A stretch of DNA of 64,000 nt, from assembly GCA_965243025.1 (NCBI GenBank), contig CBDETY010000003.1:1344001-1408000 (forward strand). Reading direction: 5' to 3'. This stretch comes from Candidatus Latescibacterota bacterium (GTDB lineage: Bacteria > Latescibacterota > UBA2968 > UBA8231). The notes beneath the pieces were generated by a model. The model was not told where the DNA came from, did not search any database, and saw only the letters and a program-made list of their open reading frames with translations. The translations under genes and the position numbers were made by a program. Position 1 is the stretch's first letter. Each line of letters starts with the position of its first letter. Positions 11,203 through 19,639 of the stretch are shown here, in pieces.

Positions 11203-11232
11203 AAGATAGACGCCGGTTGCCGAAGGCGTCAA
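11203..11232 (-). promoter_or_regulatory. sigma70-type promoter for the E1 alpha-beta-SDR unit
   Basis: Minus strand TTGACG-18 nt-TATCTT. Confidence 0.5.
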
Positions 11233-11306
11233 CACGGCCGGCCCCGCGGAAATCACCGGAGCTCGTCCCCCGTCCTTCGGGGTAATGGCCGGGGCCGGCA
11301 GGCACG

Positions 11307-11338
11307 AAAAAGGGCGGTGGCAAGTTGCCACCGCCCTT
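11307..11338 (-). terminator. Intrinsic terminator after ferredoxin
   Basis: Long inverted repeat aagggcggtggcaa / ttgccaccgccctt followed by a T-run on the minus strand. Confidence 0.8.
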
Positions 11339-11360
11339 CGTTCGACCAACTCGTCAAAGG

Positions 11361-11612
11361 CTACTTGTTCTTGAAATAGTTGGCGTTGATCTCGATATAG
11401 CTGTTCCACTCTTCGGGGAGATCTTCCTCGGCGAAGATCGCTTCTACCGGGCACTCCGGCTCGCAGGCCCCGCAGTCGATGCACTCGTCCGGGTCGATGT
11501 AGAGCATGTTGACACCCTCACCGTCCGTGGGATGGATGCAATCGACGGGACAAACCTCGACACAGGCCTTGTCTTTTACATCGATGCACGGCTCGGCGAT
11601 GACGTACGTCAT
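11361..11612 (-). CDS. fdxA: 7Fe-type ([3Fe-4S]+[4Fe-4S]) ferredoxin
   Basis: [18 protein letters not shown] and [12 protein letters not shown]; GGAGGGA RBS. Confidence 0.9.
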   Translation of the reverse strand: MTYVIAEPCIDVKDKACVEVCPVDCIHPTDGEGVNMLYIDPDECIDCGACEPECPVEAIFAEEDLPEEWNSYIEINANYFKNK

Positions 11613-11672
11613 TTATTCCCTCCTGCTACTGTCAAATTTCCCTCCCGCGACGAAAAAACACTGTACAGTCCG

Positions 11673-11701
11673 TATATACAGACGGCAAAAAGAACTGTCA
11701 A
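11673..11701 (-). promoter_or_regulatory. sigma70-type promoter of ferredoxin
   Basis: Minus strand TTGACA-17 nt-TATATA. Confidence 0.65.
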
Positions 11702-11823
11702 GAAAACGGAAACAGGCGCCATACCCAGCCGCTCTGGACAGGGCGATTACCGGGATTCGCCGGCCGCAGGGTCACCGTGGAAGGGGAAACCATTGAGGAT
11801 TTCAAAACGGCGAATGGGCCGTA

Positions 11824-12402
11824 TCAGGCGCGGCGAACGTTTTCCAGCAACGTGTCGACGTCGAAATCTCCGGCAACCTTGACCCGCAGGTTGAAGCGCT
11901 GCCCGGGGTCGGGATCGCGGGCGATGGAAACCTCCGCCCCCGTATACATGCTGCCGAGAACGGAGCGGAAATGCGGTTCCAGCACCGCAGCCGTTTCCTC
12001 GGTGTTGGGTGCGTTGAGCCGGTCGTTGACAGTCAACAACAGCTCGTCACCGCGAAAGCGCAGCTTCCCCGCGAATTCCGACTCCCGTTCCAGCCTTCGG
12101 CATGCCTGAAGTGCGGTCACCAGGACGGAGCGAAGGCGGTCCTCGATTTTTCCGTCGACTTCTCTCTTGCGGGAGCAGTACAGCCCGAAGCGGCGGTCGG
12201 TGCGGTCGAGAGCGTAGTTGTGCTCGTGCCCGACAAGCAGTGTGCCGGGTCCGTCCGGAACATGGCTGTAGTCGGCGACGTCGACCAGGGTTTCGCCGCT
12301 CGTCTCCGGGATCCAGGCGTTGAAGACGCGGAAGGCATCTTCGGCGCTTATCGAGGATTCATCCTCGAGATAGAACTTGATCTCGATGCGCTGCAGATCC
12401 AT
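11824..12402 (-). CDS. Hypothetical protein co-transcribed with sulfite/nitrite reductase
   Basis: 192-aa ORF starting 6 nt after the reductase stop; 'LVDVADYSHVPDGPGTLLVGHE' looks like a conserved motif. Confidence 0.75.
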   Translation of the reverse strand: MDLQRIEIKFYLEDESSISAEDAFRVFNAWIPETSGETLVDVADYSHVPDGPGTLLVGHEHNYALDRTDRRFGLYCSRKREVDGKIEDRLRSVLVTALQACRRLERESEFAGKLRFRGDELLLTVNDRLNAPNTEETAAVLEPHFRSVLGSMYTGAEVSIARDPDPGQRFNLRVKVAGDFDVDTLLENVRRA

Positions 12403-12408
12403 TTCCGC

Positions 12409-14664
12409 CTACACCGTTTTCTCGGCCGTGGTGCTGCGGTCGTAGCAGGCGTAGGCGGCCTCGATGAAGAGCCCTGCTTCTTCGATGGCCCTGAAGGAGA
12501 CCTCCTCGCCGATATCGGTTGCGGCCGTTTCATGCATGCGCAGCAGGTAGCGCGCGAACTTGTCCTTTGCGTAGGTGTCGAAAAACAGTTCGGTATCGAC
12601 GAAGCGTTTGCGGAACTCTTCGACGACGACGTCCGCGTCTTCAGGCACGTCGAGCCACTGGCTCTTCACCAGTGCCCTGGCGGCGTGGACCATGGACCTG
12701 AAGGCAGTGCCGTAGGCCTTTTCGAAATCGCCGTCGTCGTGATGGATGTGGGCCTCGAACAATTCCCGCTCGCAGGCGGAGAGTTCGAAATAAGCCAGGG
12801 GCACCACTTCGCCCGCGCACTCCCCCTTGCCCATGTCGCCGGTGGTGAATTCCCGGGTGTCTCCCCAGTCGCGGTAGAAGGAGGAGTCCTGTTCGTACGC
12901 CGGAACCGGCGTCAGGTCCTCGAGCATCTCCTTTATTTCGCGCTTGCCCCGGCGGCCGATGAAGGACTGGAAGCTCTCGCCTCTTTCCCGCTCCTGCACG
13001 TAGCGCTCGGTCAGCCGCGTGACGACGGTGGGCACGTTCTTCGAGGGGATCGCGACCATGGGGAGTCCGAAGGCACCGGCGTTCTCCCTCCACATGCCTC
13101 CGAGCACAACCTGGAAGTGAGGCACGGTGATGCCGCCGATCTTGCGGCTGATGCCGTAGAACCCGAGATCGGCGGTATGGTGCTGTCCGCAGGCGTTGAA
13201 GCAGCCGCTGATCTTTATGTGCAGGTCTTTAACCGCTTCGTCGAGGTTGTGGTAATTCTCGGCAAGCCGCTTGCGCAGCTCGCCCGCCAAGCCGCGAGAC
13301 GAAGCGATCCCCAGTTTGCAGGTGTCGGTGCCAGGGCAGGCGGTCACGTCGACCACCGTGCCGGCGCCGCGGCCGTGCAGCCCCAGTTCCCTCAGCTCGC
13401 CGTAAAGGGCGGGAAGGTCCGCCTCGCGGACCCAGCGGAGGACGATATTCTGCTCGACAGTGGTTCGCACCGTGTCCTTGACGTAGCGGCGGCAGATGTC
13501 GGCCAGGCCCCGCAGCTGGTTGGAGGTAATGTCCCCGAGAGGAAGGTAGACGGTGGCGACGGCATACCCCGGTTGCCGCTGCTGGTAGACGTTGGTCTCG
13601 TGCCATTCGGAAAAACCTTCGGGGGCCTCGGCGCCGTTGAGTGCAGCCCCCGGCTTCAGCCCCTGTTCGTCGTGCGAGTGCATGTCCTCGATATACTCGC
13701 TCCAGCGCGGGTCATGCGGCAGCGTCTTGCGCTCCTCCGCCACGATGCGCTTGAACTCGTCGATGCCCAGCTTGGCAACCAGGAACTTTATGCGCGCCCG
13801 GGCGCGGTTGTTCTTTTCCCCCAGGCGGGCAAACACGCGCGAGATCGCCTGGGCAGTCGGCAGCAGCTCCTCGACGGGAAGGAAATCGTCGAACAGCTTC
13901 GCCTGGTGGGGAACCGCCCCCAGGCCTCCCCCGACGTACAGCTCGAAACCGCGTTTCTCGACGCCGTCGACGACCCTCGTAACCGCTATCCCCCCCAGGT
14001 CGTGGAGGTTCGTCAGCCCGCAGGCCTCGTGTTTGCATCCCGACAAGGCCGGTTTGAATTTGCGGCCGAAATCCTGAACATCCGGGTGGCCGAGGAGGTA
14101 CTTCGACAGGGCATTCGCATACGGGGTCACGTCGAAGGCTTCGGTGCGGCACACTCCGGACAGGGGGCATGCGGTAACGTTGCGCACCGAGTTGCCGCAC
14201 GCCTCCCGCGTCGTGATTCCAACCGAAGCGAGACGCCGCATGAGGTCGATGGTATCGTCGATGTGAACGTAGTGGAGCTGCACGTCCTGCCGGGTCGTTA
14301 TGTGGCAGATCGCGTCGGAGTATTCCTCCGCGGTGTCGGCGAGCACGTCCATCTGCTCGGTGGTCAACCCGCCGTAGGGGATCTTGATGCGCTGCATGCC
14401 GGGGGCGTGCCAGACGGTGTTGGGGCCCTTGGTCTTTTCCTCGGGATAGGAGAGCTCCTGGGTCTGAGAACCGTCGAAGCGCTGCCCGTTGTCGTAGCGT
14501 TGGCCGTACACCCCGCGCCGCAGGCGGGTTTCGGCAAAGATCACCTCGTCTAACTTGCCCTGCCTGCGCAGTTCGAGCTGGGTTTCGAACTGGTCGATTT
14601 CAGTACCGAGCGCCTCCGGAATCCGATCCCCGAGTTGCTCTTTCCAGGTTTTCGGTTCACTCAT
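12409..14664 (-). CDS. Ferredoxin-dependent siroheme nitrite/sulfite reductase with C-terminal HEPN-like domain
   Basis: RLRRGVYGQR, MQRIKIPYG, HITTRQDVQ, ACGNSVRN, CPGTDTC...SGCFNACG; helical C-terminal extension. Confidence 0.9.
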   Translation of the reverse strand: MSEPKTWKEQLGDRIPEALGTEIDQFETQLELRRQGKLDEVIFAETRLRRGVYGQRYDNGQRFDGSQTQELSYPEEKTKGPNTVWHAPGMQRIKIPYGGLTTEQMDVLADTAEEYSDAICHITTRQDVQLHYVHIDDTIDLMRRLASVGITTREACGNSVRNVTACPLSGVCRTEAFDVTPYANALSKYLLGHPDVQDFGRKFKPALSGCKHEACGLTNLHDLGGIAVTRVVDGVEKRGFELYVGGGLGAVPHQAKLFDDFLPVEELLPTAQAISRVFARLGEKNNRARARIKFLVAKLGIDEFKRIVAEERKTLPHDPRWSEYIEDMHSHDEQGLKPGAALNGAEAPEGFSEWHETNVYQQRQPGYAVATVYLPLGDITSNQLRGLADICRRYVKDTVRTTVEQNIVLRWVREADLPALYGELRELGLHGRGAGTVVDVTACPGTDTCKLGIASSRGLAGELRKRLAENYHNLDEAVKDLHIKISGCFNACGQHHTADLGFYGISRKIGGITVPHFQVVLGGMWRENAGAFGLPMVAIPSKNVPTVVTRLTERYVQERERGESFQSFIGRRGKREIKEMLEDLTPVPAYEQDSSFYRDWGDTREFTTGDMGKGECAGEVVPLAYFELSACERELFEAHIHHDDGDFEKAYGTAFRSMVHAARALVKSQWLDVPEDADVVVEEFRKRFVDTELFFDTYAKDKFARYLLRMHETAATDIGEEVSFRAIEEAGLFIEAAYACYDRSTTAEKTV

Positions 14665-14788
14665 GGGAATGTCTCCCCTGGTCCTGCAGTGGAGTTGGGT
14701 CGCCTTTCAGCGGCTGACAACCGAAGCCGTGAGAGGGGTCCCCGGCCGAATGAAAAGCGGAGCTGATCCTGCGCTGCTTCAGATCGGT

Positions 14789-14818
14789 ACGTTAAAGCGG
14801 CGGGTCCTGAAATGTCAA
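14789..14818 (-). promoter_or_regulatory. Possible sigma70 promoter of the reductase
   Basis: Minus strand TTGACA-18 nt-TAACGT. Confidence 0.45.
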
Positions 14819-14876
14819 CCGCCGGGGTGAGGGAGAATGGCTGTCGACGGCCGCCGGTTTCAGGGACAAAGGGCGA

Positions 14877-14905
14877 TTGACACCCCGTTGGGGCTCTGGT
14901 ATTAT
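14877..14905 (+). promoter_or_regulatory. sigma70 promoter of the NRAMP-like gene
   Basis: TTGACA-17 nt-TATTAT; supports a start at 14978 rather than 14837. Confidence 0.7.
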
Positions 14906-14977
14906 GGACGCCTGTTCACCATATCGACCCGTTGCAGGACCATCCCTCCGGTCGCCGCCCGCCGACACCGAACTCGA

Positions 14978-16402
14978 ATGTCCCAGCCCCTGAGTTATCC
15001 AGAGCCGCCTGAAAACCTGCGCCGCGGCGGCCTCTGGGCATGCATGAAATACTTCGGACCGGGAGCGATTATCGCCTCGGTCACCATCGGCAGCGGAGAG
15101 ACGGTTTTCGCCTCTCGCGGCGGGGCGGTGTTCGGATACGCATTGCTGTGGTGCTTCGTCGGGGGCGGCATCATGAAATTCGTCCAGGTCTACAGCGCCG
15201 CCCGCTACATAACGCTGACCGGGGAGCATCCGATCGAGCGCTGGAAGCACCTGCCGGGCCCGGGCAGCTGGGCGGTGTGGGTCCTGGCGGTCGGTACCCT
15301 GCTCTGCTTTCCACTGTGGTTGTCGGGGCTTCCGAAGATGCTCGGCGGCCTCACGGTCTGGATATTCGATCTCGGAGAACAGCAGGTGTGGGGGGATCCG
15401 CGCGTCTGGGGAACCGCCTTTGTCGCCGCCGCCATCACCATGACGATGGTGCAGAGCTACGCGCTGCTCGAGCGTCTCCAGACCGTGATCGTCGGCCTTC
15501 TCCTCATCTTCATCCTGATCGCCCTCTTTGCCACCGATCCCGACTGGCTGGCGGTGGCATACGGCACTCTCGTGCCGGGCATTCCCGGGTATCAGCCCTG
15601 GCTGATGGAGAAGTACCCCGAAGTGGGGTCGCGGTCCCCCTGGATCGAGCTGGGTACCTATCTCGGCGCCATCGGCGGCGGCACCCAGGATTATTTCGGC
15701 TACATCGGGATGCTGCGTGAGAAGGGCTGGGGACTGCTGGGCAATCGGGTGGTCGGCGACTCCTCCGGAGTCGCGTTGAACAAGGACCCGGACAACCTGG
15801 CCAGGGGGCGGATCTGGCTGCGCGCACCTCTCGTCGATTCTCTCGGCTCCTTCGCCTGCATAGTCCTGTTCACGATGGCGTTCATGATACTCGGCGCCGT
15901 CATCCTCTATCCGCAGCAGATCGTTCCCTCCGGCCTGCAACTGCTCTCGGTTCAGGCGGAATTCCTGACCCAGCTCCATCCCCGCCTGCTCTACCTCTAC
16001 CAGGCCGGCGTCTTCATCGCTTTCATGGGGACGATCATGGGAGCCTACGAGCTGTACGTGCGCACCACCCACGAGTGTCTCAGGCCTGTGGTTGCCAGGG
16101 TCAGGGACATGCCGTTGTCGGAATTGCGTGTATGGGTGGTCGCCTACTGCGGTTTTGGCGGTGTCGCCATCATGTGGCTCGGGGGCAATCCCGTTGCGAT
16201 CGTAACGCCGGCGGCGATTTTCGGGGGCGTTCTGACGTGTGGTCTCTGGTGTCTGTTGATGGCCTGGACGGACCGCCGCTTCCTCCCCCCGGAATTGCAG
16301 ATGAAGCGGTCCCTTCTCATTCTCAACATCGTCTGCGGCCTGTTCCTGCTCGGGTGGGGTGTCCAGAGCGCGTTCGATTTTGTCCTGTCCCTGGCAGAGT
16401 AA
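14978..16402 (+). CDS. NRAMP-superfamily (Nramp-related) membrane transporter
   Basis: GPGAIIASVTIGSGE, G..FGYALLW, RY..LTGE; about 11 hydrophobic segments. Lacks the canonical DPGN motif, so the substrate is uncertain. Confidence 0.8.
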   Translation: MSQPLSYPEPPENLRRGGLWACMKYFGPGAIIASVTIGSGETVFASRGGAVFGYALLWCFVGGGIMKFVQVYSAARYITLTGEHPIERWKHLPGPGSWAVWVLAVGTLLCFPLWLSGLPKMLGGLTVWIFDLGEQQVWGDPRVWGTAFVAAAITMTMVQSYALLERLQTVIVGLLLIFILIALFATDPDWLAVAYGTLVPGIPGYQPWLMEKYPEVGSRSPWIELGTYLGAIGGGTQDYFGYIGMLREKGWGLLGNRVVGDSSGVALNKDPDNLARGRIWLRAPLVDSLGSFACIVLFTMAFMILGAVILYPQQIVPSGLQLLSVQAEFLTQLHPRLLYLYQAGVFIAFMGTIMGAYELYVRTTHECLRPVVARVRDMPLSELRVWVVAYCGFGGVAIMWLGGNPVAIVTPAAIFGGVLTCGLWCLLMAWTDRRFLPPELQMKRSLLILNIVCGLFLLGWGVQSAFDFVLSLAE

Positions 16403-16443
16403 GGTTGCAGGGGTCCCGACTGCCGCGGGCCGCGATTGAGCCA

Positions 16444-17655
16444 TTGAGCACTCCGCCCCAGATCTGGGATGCCGTAGAGGGAATCATCGGCACCTCCATG
16501 AGGATCAGCCTGGCGGCCACCGGCGGGGGGAGCGTCGCGGTTCCGTGGCTGGTGAACCACCCGGGCGCCTCCGGCGCGGTTGTCGAGGTGCAGGTGCCAT
16601 ACCACGGCGGGGCTCTTCAAGACTTCCTGGGCATCTCGCGATCCCTTCCCGTCAGTGAGGAGACAGCGCGGCTGATGGCCCACCGCGCTTACCGGCGGAC
16701 TGTGGAACTCGTCGGTGGAAGTCAGACGGACGGTCCTGTTTCCGACTGCATCGGGGCAGGCTGCACCGCCGCGCTCGCAACGACGCGCCGCCGGCGAGGG
16801 GAGGACAGGGCCTGGATCGCGGTGCGCTCCGGCGATGCCTACGAGACCCTGGCAATCGAGTTCGAGAAAGGAAAGGCAGACCGCCTCGATCAGGAGGATG
16901 TGCTCGGCAGGGAACTGGTTTTCTCCATCGCCCGGGCGTGCGAAGTCCCGGTTCCGGCTTCCACCGGGGCGGAGTCCTGGTGGAAGCTCCGCCGCGGCCG
17001 CCATGCCGTCGTGGCGGAGCTCGAAGAGGTCATGTGTGGAGAGCGGGAGGTAGCCGTCTGGCCGTCCCCGATCGATGACAGCGGTGAGCTCGCAAAACCG
17101 TCCCCATCCGGCCGGTACCTGCTTCTGTCCGGGTCCTTCAACCCTCAGCACGAGGGGCACCTGGAGCTCGTTCGGGCCGGGGGGGAGTTGAGCGGACTCC
17201 CGCCGATGCTGGAGCTTTCGATCGCCAACGTCGACAAACCGGAGTTGGCCTACGCCGAAGTCCTCGCCCGGCTGGCCACAACGTCACTGCCGGTATTCGT
17301 AACCAGGGCAGCCACTTTCGTTGAAAAAGCGCGCCTGTTTCCCGGCTGCGGTTTCGCGATCGGTTACGACACCGCGGTGCGGCTCCTGGATCCGGCCTAC
17401 TACGGAGGGGATGGAGCGGCCCTGTCCCGGGCCCTGTCCGAGCTCGAACGCTCTTCGTGCCGATTCTACGTAGCCGGCCGGGTGCAGCAGGACCGGTTCG
17501 CGACCCTGAAAGACCTCGAGCTTCCCCGGCGCTTCGCGCATCTCTTCGTCGAAGTGCCGGAAACCCTTTTCCGCAGCGACATCAGCTCGACTTCGATCAG
17601 GGGAATCCGGGTCGGAACGGGGATAGATGCCGGTGAGGGATCCGCAGCACCCTGA
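16444..17655 (+). CDS. CinA/PncC-like domain fused to NadD-like nucleotidyltransferase
   Basis: TGGG...PGAS...VPY...VSEETARLMA N-terminal domain; GSFNPQHEGH (HxGH), GYDT and ISSTSIR C-terminal motifs. TTG start is approximate. Confidence 0.75.
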   Translation: MSTPPQIWDAVEGIIGTSMRISLAATGGGSVAVPWLVNHPGASGAVVEVQVPYHGGALQDFLGISRSLPVSEETARLMAHRAYRRTVELVGGSQTDGPVSDCIGAGCTAALATTRRRRGEDRAWIAVRSGDAYETLAIEFEKGKADRLDQEDVLGRELVFSIARACEVPVPASTGAESWWKLRRGRHAVVAELEEVMCGEREVAVWPSPIDDSGELAKPSPSGRYLLLSGSFNPQHEGHLELVRAGGELSGLPPMLELSIANVDKPELAYAEVLARLATTSLPVFVTRAATFVEKARLFPGCGFAIGYDTAVRLLDPAYYGGDGAALSRALSELERSSCRFYVAGRVQQDRFATLKDLELPRRFAHLFVEVPETLFRSDISSTSIRGIRVGTGIDAGEGSAAP

Positions 17656-17673
17656 GAACCTGGTGGAACCCGC

Positions 17674-18909
17674 ATGACCATGAGGGCCCTCGAACATGTC
17701 GATAGATCCGGCAGCCGGATCGCCTCCCGGTTGCGCAGGCTGGTAGCAATTCCCACGGTCAATCCTCCGGGGGAACTGTACGGGGAGATAGTGGCCTGTC
17801 TGGAGAAGTCCTGCACGGACCTCGGCCTGAAGACGCGGGTGCACAAAGTGCCGGCGAAAACCGCCGAAGCCGCGGGAGTCGCTCCGGAATATCCGCGTTA
17901 CAACCTGATCGCGCGGTGGGACGTCGGTGCCGCGCGCACCGTCCATTTCAACGCTCATTACGATGTCGTTCCGGCCGCGGGAAAATGGAAGTTCTCTCCC
18001 TTTCAGCCGCAGGCGGAGAACGGCTGGATGTACGGTCGCGGCTCCGGGGACATGAAGGGATCGATCGTCGCTCTTCTGACCGCCATCGATTGCCTGCGCC
18101 GCAGTGGGGCACAGCCGGCGTTCAATGTCGAGTGCTCATTCACCGCAGACGAGGAGACGGGCGGAGAGCTGGGAGCCGGGTACATCGTTCGTCGAGGCCT
18201 GGTGAATGCCGATAGCGCGGTCGTGTGCGAGGGAGCGGCCGGCACGCGTGTAGGCCTCGGTCACAACGGCGTATTGTGGCTGTACGTCCACCTTCAGGGA
18301 AAACCTGCCCATGCCTCGAGTCCCGACCAGGGGCGCAACGCGTTCGAAGCGATGCTGGCCGTTGCCCGTCACCTGCAGCGATACAGGAAGGATCTGACGA
18401 GCGCCGGTCGGCGGTACCGCGATTTCACCGGAAAGGACCGCTATCCGACGCTGAATATCGGGGGCGTCTTCGGAGGCACCGGTCAGAAGGTCAATACAGT
18501 TCCCGGCGATGCAACTTTCAGCATCGATCGGCGGGTTCCCCCCAACGAGCGCCTCGGGCAGGTGGAACGGGAGCTGCGTTCCAGCATTGCGGTGGCAGCG
18601 GCAACGCAGCCGCAGGTCCGCTGCCGGGTCGAGACGGCGCTGCGGATCGACCCCTGCGTGATGGATGCAGCTCACGATCTTCCGCAGCAGTTCGCCCGTT
18701 CCGTCAAGGCGGTGCGCCGTCGCGGTGCGGCATTTCGAGTCGCCACGGGATTCACCGACCTCCATTATTTCATCGAGGAAGCCGGCATTCCCGGAATCGG
18801 GTACGGAGTCGACGGCCGGCGCGCCCACGGTGCGGACGAGCGCGTCCGCCTGCGGGATGTCGCCGGCACGGCGAAGACCTACGCCCATTTCATGTTGACC
18901 GGGGGGTGA
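17674..18909 (+). CDS. M20 family ArgE/DapE-like deacylase/peptidase
   Basis: HFNAHYDVVP, GRGSGDMKG, DEETGG, HASSP, AHGADE. Confidence 0.9.
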   Translation: MTMRALEHVDRSGSRIASRLRRLVAIPTVNPPGELYGEIVACLEKSCTDLGLKTRVHKVPAKTAEAAGVAPEYPRYNLIARWDVGAARTVHFNAHYDVVPAAGKWKFSPFQPQAENGWMYGRGSGDMKGSIVALLTAIDCLRRSGAQPAFNVECSFTADEETGGELGAGYIVRRGLVNADSAVVCEGAAGTRVGLGHNGVLWLYVHLQGKPAHASSPDQGRNAFEAMLAVARHLQRYRKDLTSAGRRYRDFTGKDRYPTLNIGGVFGGTGQKVNTVPGDATFSIDRRVPPNERLGQVERELRSSIAVAAATQPQVRCRVETALRIDPCVMDAAHDLPQQFARSVKAVRRRGAAFRVATGFTDLHYFIEEAGIPGIGYGVDGRRAHGADERVRLRDVAGTAKTYAHFMLTGG

Positions 18910-18916
18910 GGTCCGC

Positions 18917-19639
18917 GTGAACGCTCTGAAGGAGTTCCTGAGCGCCGCGTACGACCACTTCGGGGGCTTGATCTGCATCAACATCCTGTGGTCCCTGTTC
19001 TCGATACCCTGGCTCGCGGCCGCTGCGGCTGCGGTTCTGTACGGGGCCGCCCTGCAGGGGGACTGGGCGCCCCATGTCCGGTTGCTGGCCATCGTTCTCG
19101 CCACGGAGTTCGTCTGGTTCGCTCCTCCGACCGTCCTGTTGTTTCTCGCCGCCCGGCAATGGCTCGATGGTCGCGGGGCTTCGTTCAGCTCCCTCGCCAG
19201 ACAGCTCCCCCGGCACGCCCTGCGCGCCCAGGCTGCGGGGCTGGCAATAATGGCGGCGACCTGCCTGCTGGCGATCAATCTGGTCTTCTATCACCACCTC
19301 GGGGGTTGGCTGGGAGCGGTTCTTTCAGGGCTCATGGGCTGGGTGCTTTTGGGGCTTGTCCTGGTTTCTCTCTATTTCGTACCCGTGCTGCTCGCCGGAG
19401 AAGCCGGCTTCCGGGGGGCATGCCGCGGCAGCCTGTTCCTCGTTATTTCCTACCCTGGCAGGACTCTGGTCCTGCTCGCCCTCGTGGCCGGACTGCTGGT
19501 CCTCGGATTGGCTTCGGGAATCGGACTCCTGTGCGGAGTCTCCGCGGCCATCGCCTTGATCGAGAGCGTCTGGGTGCGGCGGCTGGCGGGGGAAGCGGAG
19601 GGAGCGAGGTCCGACCTGTGGAATCGCAATGAGAGCTGA
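18917..19639 (+). CDS. Integral membrane protein (DUF624/YesL-like)
   Basis: About 5-6 transmembrane segments, 'NILWSLFSIPW'; tightly packed in the operon. Confidence 0.6.
   Translation: MNALKEFLSAAYDHFGGLICINILWSLFSIPWLAAAAAAVLYGAALQGDWAPHVRLLAIVLATEFVWFAPPTVLLFLAARQWLDGRGASFSSLARQLPRHALRAQAAGLAIMAATCLLAINLVFYHHLGGWLGAVLSGLMGWVLLGLVLVSLYFVPVLLAGEAGFRGACRGSLFLVISYPGRTLVLLALVAGLLVLGLASGIGLLCGVSAAIALIESVWVRRLAGEAEGARSDLWNRNES

Noticed and set aside
11971-14553. Long antisense ORFs (also 215-1561, 14792-16444, 23370-25364, 57566-59539 and others)
   Set aside because: They mirror well-supported genes on the opposite strand, which is expected from GC-rich codon bias, and contain no recognisable motifs.
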